64,000 nt of DNA from Gammaproteobacteria bacterium. GTDB taxonomy: Bacteria; Pseudomonadota; Gammaproteobacteria; Arenicellales; Poriferihabitantaceae. Shown in pieces: positions 38,891 to 47,504 of this stretch (position 1 is its first letter; each line of letters opens with the position of its first letter). The stretch spans positions 22,570-86,569 of the forward strand of contig JAPPPS010000090.1 of assembly GCA_028817405.1 (NCBI GenBank). Direction: 5' to 3'. The position numbers and the translations under genes are program-made. Below the pieces are notes generated by a model that ran no database searches, was not told the DNA's origin, and worked only from the letters and a program-made list of their open reading frames with translations.

Positions 38891-39475
38891 ATGAACGCGC
38901 AAACCGAACCCAAGCAAACCGTCAACTTCACCCGCATGGCCGACGGCACGGCCGAGGAATACGCGTTTTTGCACCGTCATGAGGAAGCGTATATCCGCGG
39001 TTTGCCGGGCCGGTTGGTCGCGGCGTTAAAGCAACTCGACGATTCGTTTTCCGGCTACCGCGTCTCGCGCCTCGAACATTCATTGCAGTCGGCGACTCGC
39101 GCCGAAGCGGCCGGCGAATCCGAAGAGATGGTGGTGGCGGCGTTGCTGCATGACTTGGGCGACACCCTCGCGCCGCTGTCGCACGGCGAATTGGCGGCGG
39201 CCATTTTGCGCCCGTTCGTGTCCGAGCGTACGCACTGGATTGTCGCCCACCACGGCCTGTTTCAAATGGTCTACTACGCCCACCACTTCGGCGGCGACCG
39301 TCACGCCCGCGACCGTCACCGCGACCATCCATGGTACCAAGCCTGCGTCGACTTCTGCGAAAACTACGACCAAAACTGCTTCGACCCCGACTACCCATCC
39401 AAACCGTTGACGCACTTCATCCCAATGTTAAAGCGCGTCTTCGCCAAACCCCGGGAGGGTTTCGGCGCGGGGTGA
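38891..39475 (+). CDS. HD-domain metal-dependent phosphohydrolase/oxygenase-like protein
   Basis: The HD motif AALLHDLGD and downstream histidines ([10 protein letters not shown]). Confidence 0.65.
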   Translation: MNAQTEPKQTVNFTRMADGTAEEYAFLHRHEEAYIRGLPGRLVAALKQLDDSFSGYRVSRLEHSLQSATRAEAAGESEEMVVAALLHDLGDTLAPLSHGELAAAILRPFVSERTHWIVAHHGLFQMVYYAHHFGGDRHARDRHRDHPWYQACVDFCENYDQNCFDPDYPSKPLTHFIPMLKRVFAKPREGFGAG

Positions 39476-39580
39476 ATTTATTGCCTGAACAACCGTCCGC
39501 GCAAACGCACATACATGAAAACCCAAACTCAGTGTTTCGGTAACCGGCAAGCGTTGCACCTGCGCGCCATCGCAGCCCGG

Positions 39581-40816
39581 TCATGCGCATCGGGTTCGCG
39601 CTTTGTCTTTGATTAGCGCGGTTATGCGGTAGAAGCCGTGCGCCATTTTGGAGTAGGGGGTGAGCAGGAAGAGGGTCAGCACCGTGGCGAGGTGGATGGG
39701 CAGGAGGTACGTCACGGCCGCGGCCGCGGCAGTCGAAGTCGCGACGGTGCCGGTCGAGGTCGCGCCGGCGCCAACGGTGGTGACGGTGCCGGCGGCGGTG
39801 ACGGTGGCGGCGGCTGCGGTGACGGTGTCGATGGCGCCGGCGCCGACGGTGGTGGTGACGGTGTCGATGGCGGTGGTGACGGTGGCGGCATACAGCGCGA
39901 GGCCGGTGGCGGCGGCGCTGAATAGGAGGACGATGAACGCCATTTCGCCGCGCCAGATTTTTGCGGCGCGGACGCCCAAGGCCGGGTCGGCGCGGGTTTT
40001 CAGCCACGCCAGGCCGGCGCTGCCGATGCACAGCAAGATGCCGCCCGGCACGCCCAATAATTTCGGCGCGGAGAACAAACCGTACGGCGCGGGCAGGTCG
40101 AGCGCGTAGTGCATCACGGTGCCGGCGCAAGTCGCGCCGAAGCAGAGCATGAATCCGGCGACGGTGAATTGGTGCAGCACGCGTCGCGCGTGGGAAAACT
40201 TATCGGCGTCTTCGAAGTTGCAGCCGTCGCCGTGGCCGCCGCGTAAGTTGCGCATGGATGCGGCGTCTTGAATCGCTTGCCGCAAGTCGCTCAACCGTAC
40301 AGCGTCGCCACCGTCGCCGCTAACGAAACGCCAATAGCGTCTCAACGAGACGCCGATGGCGAGCAGCGGCAGCACGAACGCCGGGGTAAAAACCGCGACC
40401 ATAAATCCATGCGACAACACCGCGTAAAACCCCGCGCCGCCGGCCGGTCGCAGCGCGGCCGCGGCCCATAACAACAGCGCGAAAGCGCAGACCAACAGTG
40501 CGGCTATGGCGACGCCGGCGCGGTCGAACAACTGCGCAAATGGTTTCGGCCAGGCGAATTCTTTCCAACTCTCATGCTGCGCCTCGGCCAGCGCCGCGGG
40601 CAAGTTGAGCGCAAACACATGCGGCGCGGTGTATTGGCAGGCGTAAAAACAGCCGCGGCAGTTGTGGCACAAGTTCGCCAGTTGCACGAGGTCGGCGTCG
40701 GCGAATGCGCGCTTGGCAAACATCGCCGGGAACACCGCGCAATAGCCCTCGCAATATCTGCAGGCATTGCAAATTTCCGCTTGACGGCGCGCCTCGGCAA
40801 TCGCGTCACTTAACAT
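39581..40816 (-). CDS. tcuB: Tricarballylate utilisation protein TcuB (4Fe-4S membrane protein)
   Basis: EICNACRYCEGYCAVFP...LCHNCRGCFYACQY Cys clusters plus TM helices. It contains a ~60-aa Thr/Val/Ala/Gly repeat insertion. Confidence 0.8.
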   Translation of the reverse strand: MLSDAIAEARRQAEICNACRYCEGYCAVFPAMFAKRAFADADLVQLANLCHNCRGCFYACQYTAPHVFALNLPAALAEAQHESWKEFAWPKPFAQLFDRAGVAIAALLVCAFALLLWAAAALRPAGGAGFYAVLSHGFMVAVFTPAFVLPLLAIGVSLRRYWRFVSGDGGDAVRLSDLRQAIQDAASMRNLRGGHGDGCNFEDADKFSHARRVLHQFTVAGFMLCFGATCAGTVMHYALDLPAPYGLFSAPKLLGVPGGILLCIGSAGLAWLKTRADPALGVRAAKIWRGEMAFIVLLFSAAATGLALYAATVTTAIDTVTTTVGAGAIDTVTAAAATVTAAGTVTTVGAGATSTGTVATSTAAAAAVTYLLPIHLATVLTLFLLTPYSKMAHGFYRITALIKDKARTRCA

Positions 40817-42215
40817 GCGCCGCCGCTCCTTGCCCCGCGAGTCGGCCGAACACCGTGCCGATGGTCATGCCGAAACCGGCCAGGTAACCCTGGCCCAGCA
40901 GCGAGCCGGCCATGATTTCGCCCGCGGCCCATAAATTTTCCACCGGCCCCTGCGCGGCTTGAACTTGCGCGCTTTCGTCGACTTTCAAGCCGAGGTAGGT
41001 GAAGGTGACGCCGGGGCGCAATTCGTAACCGTAAAACGGCGGCGTGTCGATGGCGCGCGCCCAGTTGGACTTGCGCGGGTTAAGGCCGGCGGTGGCCAGG
41101 CCGTCGAGTGCGTCGGGTTTGAATTCGCCGGGACGACAGGCGGCGTTGAATGCTTTTATTGTTTGCGCGACATTCTGCACCGGCAGTTTCATTTTTTCGG
41201 CCAGGCATTGCACGGTGTCGGCCTGCACCGGCGGAAAAACCGATGGCATGAACAAGTCCAATGCTTTGGAATCGATGACGGCATACGCCACTTGCGCCGG
41301 CTGCGCGGCCACCAGTCGGCCCCAGATTGCATAACGTTTCGGCCACACATCCTCGCCTTCGTCGTAAAACCGCGCGCCGTCTTTGTTGACCACCACCGCA
41401 AACGGCACGCAGTCGAGTCGCGTGACGATGCCGCCGTCGAACTTGGGCGCGCGCCCGTCGATGGCGACCGCATGACATTGCGCCGGGTCGCCGACGCTTT
41501 TGATTCCTTGTTGCAATAAATCTTTCAGCACCACGCCGCGATTATACGGTGTGCCGCGAATCAAAAAGTTGCGCGCGGCCCCGCCCCAGGCGCGCGCCAG
41601 CCAGTCAAGGTCGGCTTGAAACCCGCCAGAGGCCGCGACCACCGCGCGCGGTTTTAACGCCATGCGTTCACCGTTGATTTCCGCGGTCACTGATGCGATG
41701 CGCGCGCCATCGACTTCCAGATGCGTCACCGTCGCGTCATAAATAACTTCCACGCCCAACGCTTCGGCGCGACGGTAATACGCGTTTAGTAGCGCCTTGC
41801 CGCCGCCCAGGAAAAACGCGTTGGTCCGCCCCAGCGACAACGCGCCGGACAGCGGCGGCTGAAATCGCGCGCCATGCGATTCCATCCAGCGGCAAACCCC
41901 GGCCGATTCGCGGATGCACATGCGCGCCAGTTGACGGTCGGTTTGGCCGGCCGTGACCTTCAACAAATCGTCGAAGTATTCGTCTTCGCCGTAGCAGTCG
42001 TTCATCGCGCCGACCGGCCGCGCGTGCATGCAGCGCAAGTTGCGCGTGTGCCGGCTGTTGCCGCCGCGGTATGGCCTCGGCGCGCTTTCCAATAGTTGCA
42101 CTGAGGCGCCGGCCGCGGCCGCGGTCAGCGCCGCGCACAAACCCGCGTTGCCGCCGCCGATGACCAATACTTCCGGGCCGGTGGTTTGCGGTTTGGAACG
42201 CGCGCTCAAATTCAT
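40806..42215 (-). CDS. tcuA: FAD-dependent tricarballylate dehydrogenase TcuA
   Basis: EVLVIGGGNAGLCAALTAAAAGASVQLLESAPRPYRGGNSRHTRNLRCMH. The start is taken at ATG 42215. The stop overlaps the tcuB start. Confidence 0.85.
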   Translation of the reverse strand: MNLSARSKPQTTGPEVLVIGGGNAGLCAALTAAAAGASVQLLESAPRPYRGGNSRHTRNLRCMHARPVGAMNDCYGEDEYFDDLLKVTAGQTDRQLARMCIRESAGVCRWMESHGARFQPPLSGALSLGRTNAFFLGGGKALLNAYYRRAEALGVEVIYDATVTHLEVDGARIASVTAEINGERMALKPRAVVAASGGFQADLDWLARAWGGAARNFLIRGTPYNRGVVLKDLLQQGIKSVGDPAQCHAVAIDGRAPKFDGGIVTRLDCVPFAVVVNKDGARFYDEGEDVWPKRYAIWGRLVAAQPAQVAYAVIDSKALDLFMPSVFPPVQADTVQCLAEKMKLPVQNVAQTIKAFNAACRPGEFKPDALDGLATAGLNPRKSNWARAIDTPPFYGYELRPGVTFTYLGLKVDESAQVQAAQGPVENLWAAGEIMAGSLLGQGYLAGFGMTIGTVFGRLAGQGAAAHVK

Positions 42216-42423
42216 GCCGCCCGCTGCGGCGGAAATTCGGTGGCGTGCTTCATGACGGTGCGGCGGCGACGATGCGACGGTGGCGCGGCGAGGGCGTGAC
42301 GGTGGCGCGGCGATGCGACAGTGGCGCGATTTTACCCTGCGCGCGGAAGGCGGGGGCGGGCGGGGGCGGGCGCGGGCCGCGGCGCAAACCGCGGGGAAAG
42401 AAAGTTGCATTTTTTCTTCCAAA

Positions 42424-42457
42424 TGCTATTGACAATCATTCCTATTCGCGTTAAAAC
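42424..42457 (+). promoter_or_regulatory. Putative sigma70 promoter overlapped by a Fur-box-like sequence
   Basis: TTGACA (42429-42434), 17 nt, then TAAAAC (42452-42457). TGACAATCATT matches the TGATAATCATT core of the Fur box at 10 of 11 positions. It lies upstream of the Fe(3+)-type ABC operon. Confidence 0.45.
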
Positions 42458-42497
42458 CGCGGCCGTGGTGTTTGGAGTGCAAACCATTCCATTCGCA

Positions 42498-43598
42498 ATG
42501 AGCGTTTTCCCCCTATCATTCCGAGCCAAACCGATGAAACCGAAACCAACCCTGCGCGCGATTTTTTCCGCCGCGGTGCTGACCGCGACCGTCGCGACCG
42601 CCACCACCGTCACCGTCACCACCGTCACCGTCACCACCGCCGCCGCGGCCGAGCGCGAGGTCAATGTCTACTCATACCGCCAGCCGTTTTTGATTGAGCC
42701 GATGTTCGACGCATTCACCGCCGCCACCGGCATCCAAGTCAACGCCGTATACGCCAAGACCGGCATGTTGGAACGCCTGCAAAACGAAGGACGCAACAGT
42801 CCGGCCGACTTGGTATTCACGGTCGACATCGGCCGCTTGTCGGACCTCCAAAACGCCGGTCTCACGCAGCCGGTCGTATCCGCCGCCATCAACCGCAGCG
42901 TCCCCGCCAACATGCGCGACCCGGCCGGGCACTGGTTCGGCTTGACCGCGCGCGCGCGCATCCTCGTCACCTCCAAAGCGCGGGTGCGGCGCGGCGAAAT
43001 CACAAGTTACGAAGACCTGGCGGACCCCAAATGGCGCGGCCGGGTATGCACCCGCTCCGGCAAACATCCGTACAACATCGCGCTCATCGCCTCGCTCATG
43101 CACCGCCACGGCGACGCGCAAGCGCAAGCCTGGTTGGCCGGCGTGAAAGCCAATCTCGCGCGCAAACCGCAGGGCAACGACCGCGCGCAAGCCCGCGCCA
43201 TCGCCGAGGGCGTGTGCGATGTCGGCGTAATCAACCACTACTATCTGCACAAAATGGCGGCCGACGACAAACAAAAAGCGTGGTTCGAAGCGGTCGATGT
43301 GGTGTTCCCCAACCAAGCCGGCCGCGGCACGCACATGAACATCAGCGGCATGGCCATGACCCGCCACGCGCCGCACCGCGACGCAGCGCTGGCGTTGATG
43401 GAGTTCCTGGCCGGCGACCGCGCGCAGCGGATGTACGCCGAGGTCAACGGCGAATATCCGGTCAACCCGCGCATCCGCGTCGGCGGTTATTTGCAATCGC
43501 TCGGCGACTTCAAGCGCGACGGCCTTGACTTATCCGCGGTCGCCGCCAACCGCGGCGCGGCGTCGAAGATGGCCGACCGCGTTGGTTATAACGACTGA
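42498..43598 (+). CDS. Fe(3+)-type ABC transporter periplasmic binding protein (solute-binding family 1)
   Basis: EVNVYSYRQPFLIEPMFDAFTAATGIQVNAVYAKTGMLERL... The start is 42498 or 42534. The signal region carries a VTVTTVTVTT repeat. Confidence 0.8.
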   Translation: MSVFPLSFRAKPMKPKPTLRAIFSAAVLTATVATATTVTVTTVTVTTAAAAEREVNVYSYRQPFLIEPMFDAFTAATGIQVNAVYAKTGMLERLQNEGRNSPADLVFTVDIGRLSDLQNAGLTQPVVSAAINRSVPANMRDPAGHWFGLTARARILVTSKARVRRGEITSYEDLADPKWRGRVCTRSGKHPYNIALIASLMHRHGDAQAQAWLAGVKANLARKPQGNDRAQARAIAEGVCDVGVINHYYLHKMAADDKQKAWFEAVDVVFPNQAGRGTHMNISGMAMTRHAPHRDAALALMEFLAGDRAQRMYAEVNGEYPVNPRIRVGGYLQSLGDFKRDGLDLSAVAANRGAASKMADRVGYND

Positions 43599-43619
43599 GC
43601 GGCGGGGGCGACGGCGGGC

Positions 43620-45395
43620 GTGACGGTTAAGGCGATGCGCCGCTTGATGACCGGCCGGCCCGGCGCCGGCGCGTGGCCCCTCGGCGCGGTGGCGGTGGCC
43701 GCGTTGTGTTTGCTGCCGGTGGCCGCGGTGCTGTGGTTGGCGTTGTTCCCGGCCGAGAATATCTGGCCGCATCTCATCGCCACCACGCTGCCGGGTTATG
43801 TCGGCAACACGCTGATTCTGTTGGCCGGGGTCGGCGTCTCGACGCTGCTGACCGGCGTCACCGCGGCCCGCTTGGTCACCGCCTTCGACTTCCCGCTGCG
43901 CAAGTTGTTGGAATGGCTGCTCCTCCTGCCGCTGGCGATGCCCGGCTATGTCATCGCCTATTTATACACCGACTTGCTGGAGTTCGCCGGCCCGGTGCAG
44001 CACGCCTTGCGCGCGGTGTTCGGTTGGCGCTTGGCCGGCGATTACTGGTTCCCGGAAGTGCGCAGCATGGGCGGCGCCATCATGCTGCTGGGCGTGGTGC
44101 TGTATCCGTATGTGTATCTTCTCGCGCGCGCGTCGTTCTTGGAGCAGTCGAGTTATCTGCCCGATGTTAGTCGCTTGTTGGGGCGCGGGCCGGTGGCGAC
44201 ATTTTTCTATGTCGAGTTGCCCATCGCGCGCCCGGCGATTGCGGTCGGCGTGGCGCTGGCGTTGATGGAAACGCTGAATGATTTCGGCACCGTGGATTTC
44301 TTCTCGGTGCAGACGCTGACCGCCGGCCTGTACGATGTGTGGCTGAACATGGGCAACCTCGGCGGCGGCGCGCAAATCGGCGCGGTGATGCTGACCTTCG
44401 CGGCGTTGCTGATTTCGCTGGAATACATCGGGCGGCGCCGGCGACGCTTCTACCAGAGCGCGACCCGCTTCGGCGGCCGGCCGCGGCAGCGACTGCGCGG
44501 GCGCAACGGCTGGGCCGCGACCGCGGTGTGCGCGGCCCCGGTGCTGTTCGGCTTCGGCATCCCGGCGCTGCTGTTGGTCAGCCACGCGCTCGATCACTTG
44601 CCCGCCGCATGGACGCCGAGGTTCCGCGGTTATGCGCTGAATAGTTTGTGGGTGTCCGGCACGGCATCGGTGAGCGCGGTGGCGCTGGCGGTGGTGGTCG
44701 CTTACGCGCGCCGCTTGCGCCGCACCACCGTGATGGCGGCCATCGCGCGCGCCGCCTCGCTCGGCTACGCGGTGCCGGGCGCGGTGCTGGCGGTCGGCGT
44801 CATCGTGCCGCTGGCGGCGTTCGACAACGCGGTCGATGCGTTCCTGCGCGCGCGCTTCGGCGTTGGCAGCGGCTTAATTTTGAGCGGCACTTCGTTCGCG
44901 GTTATCGCCGCCTGCACCATTCGGTTTTTGGCCGTGTCCATCGGCGCGGTCGAATCCAGTTTCAGCAAAGTGTCGGACTCGCTCGACATGGCGGCGCGCA
45001 CCCTCGGCCACGGCGCGGGCCGGACGCTGCGCCGTTTTCACCTGCCGCTGATTCGCGGCGGCCTGCTCACCGCCGCGCTCATCGTGTTCGTCGACTGCAT
45101 GAAAGAACTGCCAGCGACGCTGATTCTGCGCCCGTTTAATTTCGAGACGCTGGCGACCCATGTCTATCATTTTGCGTCCGATGAGTTAATCGAGCGGAGC
45201 GCGCCGGGGGCGTTGTTCATCGTCGCGGCCGGGTTGATTCCGGTGATTATTTTGAGTCGCACCATCGACACCGCGGCGCGCCTCGATTCGCCGGCCGCGC
45301 CGGGGCCGGGGCCGGTCGCTCCGGGGCCGCGGCCGGTCGCTCCGCCGGGGACGGTTACCTCCACCGCGGCCCCGCCGGCCGCCCCCGCCCCATGA
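43620..45395 (+). CDS. Fe(3+)-type ABC transporter permease (duplicated two-domain type)
   Basis: 591 aa with two tandem MalFG-type permease halves and a Pro/Gly/Ala-rich repeat tail. Confidence 0.85.
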   Translation: MTVKAMRRLMTGRPGAGAWPLGAVAVAALCLLPVAAVLWLALFPAENIWPHLIATTLPGYVGNTLILLAGVGVSTLLTGVTAARLVTAFDFPLRKLLEWLLLLPLAMPGYVIAYLYTDLLEFAGPVQHALRAVFGWRLAGDYWFPEVRSMGGAIMLLGVVLYPYVYLLARASFLEQSSYLPDVSRLLGRGPVATFFYVELPIARPAIAVGVALALMETLNDFGTVDFFSVQTLTAGLYDVWLNMGNLGGGAQIGAVMLTFAALLISLEYIGRRRRRFYQSATRFGGRPRQRLRGRNGWAATAVCAAPVLFGFGIPALLLVSHALDHLPAAWTPRFRGYALNSLWVSGTASVSAVALAVVVAYARRLRRTTVMAAIARAASLGYAVPGAVLAVGVIVPLAAFDNAVDAFLRARFGVGSGLILSGTSFAVIAACTIRFLAVSIGAVESSFSKVSDSLDMAARTLGHGAGRTLRRFHLPLIRGGLLTAALIVFVDCMKELPATLILRPFNFETLATHVYHFASDELIERSAPGALFIVAAGLIPVIILSRTIDTAARLDSPAAPGPGPVAPGPRPVAPPGTVTSTAAPPAAPAP

Positions 45396-46429
45396 CCGCC
45401 CTGCTGGAAGTGCGCGGCATCGCCTGCCGCTACGCGCAGCGCGCGGCGGTGTCTGATGCCTCGTTCGAGTTGCAGCAAGGCATGCTGGCTTCGCTGCTCG
45501 GCCCCAGCGGCTGCGGCAAAACCACGGTGCTGCGCGCCATCGCCGGCTTCCAGCCGCTCACCGCCGGCGGCATCCACCTGAACGGCCGCCGCATCGCCGG
45601 CGTGGACCGCGGCTTGGCCCCGGAGCATCGGCGTTTGAGCATGGTGTTCCAAGACCACGCGCTGTTCCCGCATCTCACGGTGGAAAAAAATGTCGCGGCC
45701 GGCCTGCACCGGAAGCCCGCGGCCGAGCAACGCCGCCTGGCGCATGCGCTGCTGGAAAAGGTCGGCCTGACCGGCCTGCACCGTCGTTACCCTCATGAAC
45801 TGTCCGGCGGCCAGCAGCAGCGCGTGGCCTTGGCGCGGGCGCTGGCGCCGAACCCGCAACTGTTGCTGATGGACGAACCGTTCTCCAGCCTCGACCCCGA
45901 CCTGCGCGACAAACTCCGCCAAGAAGTGCGCGCGCTGCTGAAAGACATCGGCGCGACTTGCTTACTCGTGACGCACGACCAGCAGGACGCGTTCGCGTTC
46001 GGCGAGCGCGTGGGCGTGATGCGCGACGGGCGCATCGAGCAGTGGGACACCGCGTACCGCATCTACCACGAGCCGGCCACCCGTTTCGTCGCCGACTTCA
46101 TCGGCGAGGGCGTTTTCATCGACGGCGTAGTCGCGGCGGCCGACCGTATCGACACCGAACTGGCGGTGCTGCGCGGCCCCGTCGGCCACCCGCCCGGGGC
46201 GCGCGTCAAAGTGCTGATTCGCCCGGACGACATCATCCACGACGACCACAGCGCGCGCACCGCCCGCATCGTCAAACGCGCATTTCGCGGCGAGAACTAC
46301 CTCTACACCCTGACCCTCCCAAGCGGCGCCGAAATCCTGTCCCTGGTCCCGTCGCACCACAACCACGCCGTAGGCGAAAACCTCGGCATCGTCCCGGCCA
46401 TCGACCACCTGGTAATCTTCGCGGCGTAA
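45392..46429 (+). CDS. Fe(3+)/polyamine-type ABC transporter ATP-binding protein
   Basis: ATGA overlap with the upstream gene. Walker A GPSGCGKTT, signature LSGGQQQRVALAR, Walker B LLMDEPFSSLD, and a C-terminal TOBE-like domain. Confidence 0.9.
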   Translation: MTALLEVRGIACRYAQRAAVSDASFELQQGMLASLLGPSGCGKTTVLRAIAGFQPLTAGGIHLNGRRIAGVDRGLAPEHRRLSMVFQDHALFPHLTVEKNVAAGLHRKPAAEQRRLAHALLEKVGLTGLHRRYPHELSGGQQQRVALARALAPNPQLLLMDEPFSSLDPDLRDKLRQEVRALLKDIGATCLLVTHDQQDAFAFGERVGVMRDGRIEQWDTAYRIYHEPATRFVADFIGEGVFIDGVVAAADRIDTELAVLRGPVGHPPGARVKVLIRPDDIIHDDHSARTARIVKRAFRGENYLYTLTLPSGAEILSLVPSHHNHAVGENLGIVPAIDHLVIFAA

Positions 46430-46457
46430 TTCCCCGTCGTGGGCGTATAATCCGCGC

Positions 46458-47432
46458 ATGTGCAAGTCCGTGTCGTTGCCGGCGGGTGGGGTGGTTCGCG
46501 AGTTGGTCGCGGGGGCGTTGCGTGAGGATGTCGGCGGCGGGGATTTGAGCGCGGGGTTGGTTGATGCGCGGGCGCGCGCGGTTGCGACGCTGTTTTGCCG
46601 TGAGGGCCGGGCGGTGTTGTGCGGCCGGGCGTGGTTTGAGGAGGCGTTTCGCCAGGTTGACGCCGCGGTGGAAGTGCGGTGGCTGCGCCAGGACGGCGAC
46701 ACGCTCGCCGCCGGTGACGCGGTCTGCCGCATCGCCGGCCGCGCCCGCGCCCTGCTCACCGCCGAGCGCGTCGCCATCAACCTGCTGCAGACGCTGTCCG
46801 CCACCGCCACCGTCGCGCGCCGCTATGTCGAGGCCGCGGCCGGCGCCGGCGCGCGCATCACCGACACGCGCAAGACCGTGCCGGGCTTGCGCGTGGCGCA
46901 AAAATACGCGGCCGCGGTCGGCGGCGCGCGCAACCACCGCATCGGTTTGTTCGACCAAGTGTTAATTAAGGAAAACCACATCGCCGCGGTCGGTGGAATT
47001 GCCGAAGCGTTGCGTCGCGCGCGCGAAGTGGCGAACGAGTCGCGCATCGAAATCGAGGTCGAAAACTTGACGCAACTGCGCGAAGCATTAACCGCCGGCG
47101 CGACGCGAATCATGCTCGACAACTTCGGCGTGGACGCGCTGCGCGAGGCGGTCGCCGTCACCGCGGGCCGCGCCGAACTGGAAGCGTCCGGCAACATCAC
47201 GCTCGACGATGTGCGCGAAATCGCGCAAACCGGCGTCGATTTAATTTCCATCGGCGCGCTGACCAAACACATTCAAGCGGTGGATTTCTCGCTGCGTTTT
47301 GATGTCGGCGATGTTGATGCCGGCGGCGATGCTGATGTCACCGGCGATGGCGACACCGCCAACGCCAACGCCGCGGATGTCACCGACGACGAAGATGTCC
47401 CCGCCACCGCCACCACCACCGCCGCGCCATAA
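46458..47432 (+). CDS. nadC: Nicotinate-nucleotide (quinolinate) phosphoribosyltransferase NadC
   Basis: ITDTRKTVPGLRVAQKYAAAVGGARNHRIGLFDQVLIKENH. It carries an unusual acidic ~45-aa repeat tail (DVGDVDAGGDADVTGDGD...). Confidence 0.85.
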   Translation: MCKSVSLPAGGVVRELVAGALREDVGGGDLSAGLVDARARAVATLFCREGRAVLCGRAWFEEAFRQVDAAVEVRWLRQDGDTLAAGDAVCRIAGRARALLTAERVAINLLQTLSATATVARRYVEAAAGAGARITDTRKTVPGLRVAQKYAAAVGGARNHRIGLFDQVLIKENHIAAVGGIAEALRRAREVANESRIEIEVENLTQLREALTAGATRIMLDNFGVDALREAVAVTAGRAELEASGNITLDDVREIAQTGVDLISIGALTKHIQAVDFSLRFDVGDVDAGGDADVTGDGDTANANAADVTDDEDVPATATTTAAP

Positions 47433-47504
47433 CCCAAACACCCCAGCGCGCGCCGCCGCGCTGTGGGATAATCCCGCCACCTGATTGCCGGTTTCCCCGC
47501 GGAC

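Noticed and set aside
37586-38980. The upstream ~465 aa of the 643-aa minus-strand ORF 37049..38980.
   Set aside because: Only the last 178 aa (SmpB) are real. The remainder is antisense to ratA-rnfH and arsC.
42321-42497. The N-terminal extension of the Fe(3+) binding-protein ORF.
   Set aside because: It would cover the proposed promoter and Fur-like box and has a non-protein-like composition. The signal peptide begins at 42498 or 42534.
45962-46958. Minus-strand ORFs of 282 aa and 228 aa across the ATPase/nadC junction.
   Set aside because: They are shadow ORFs antisense to two well-supported genes.
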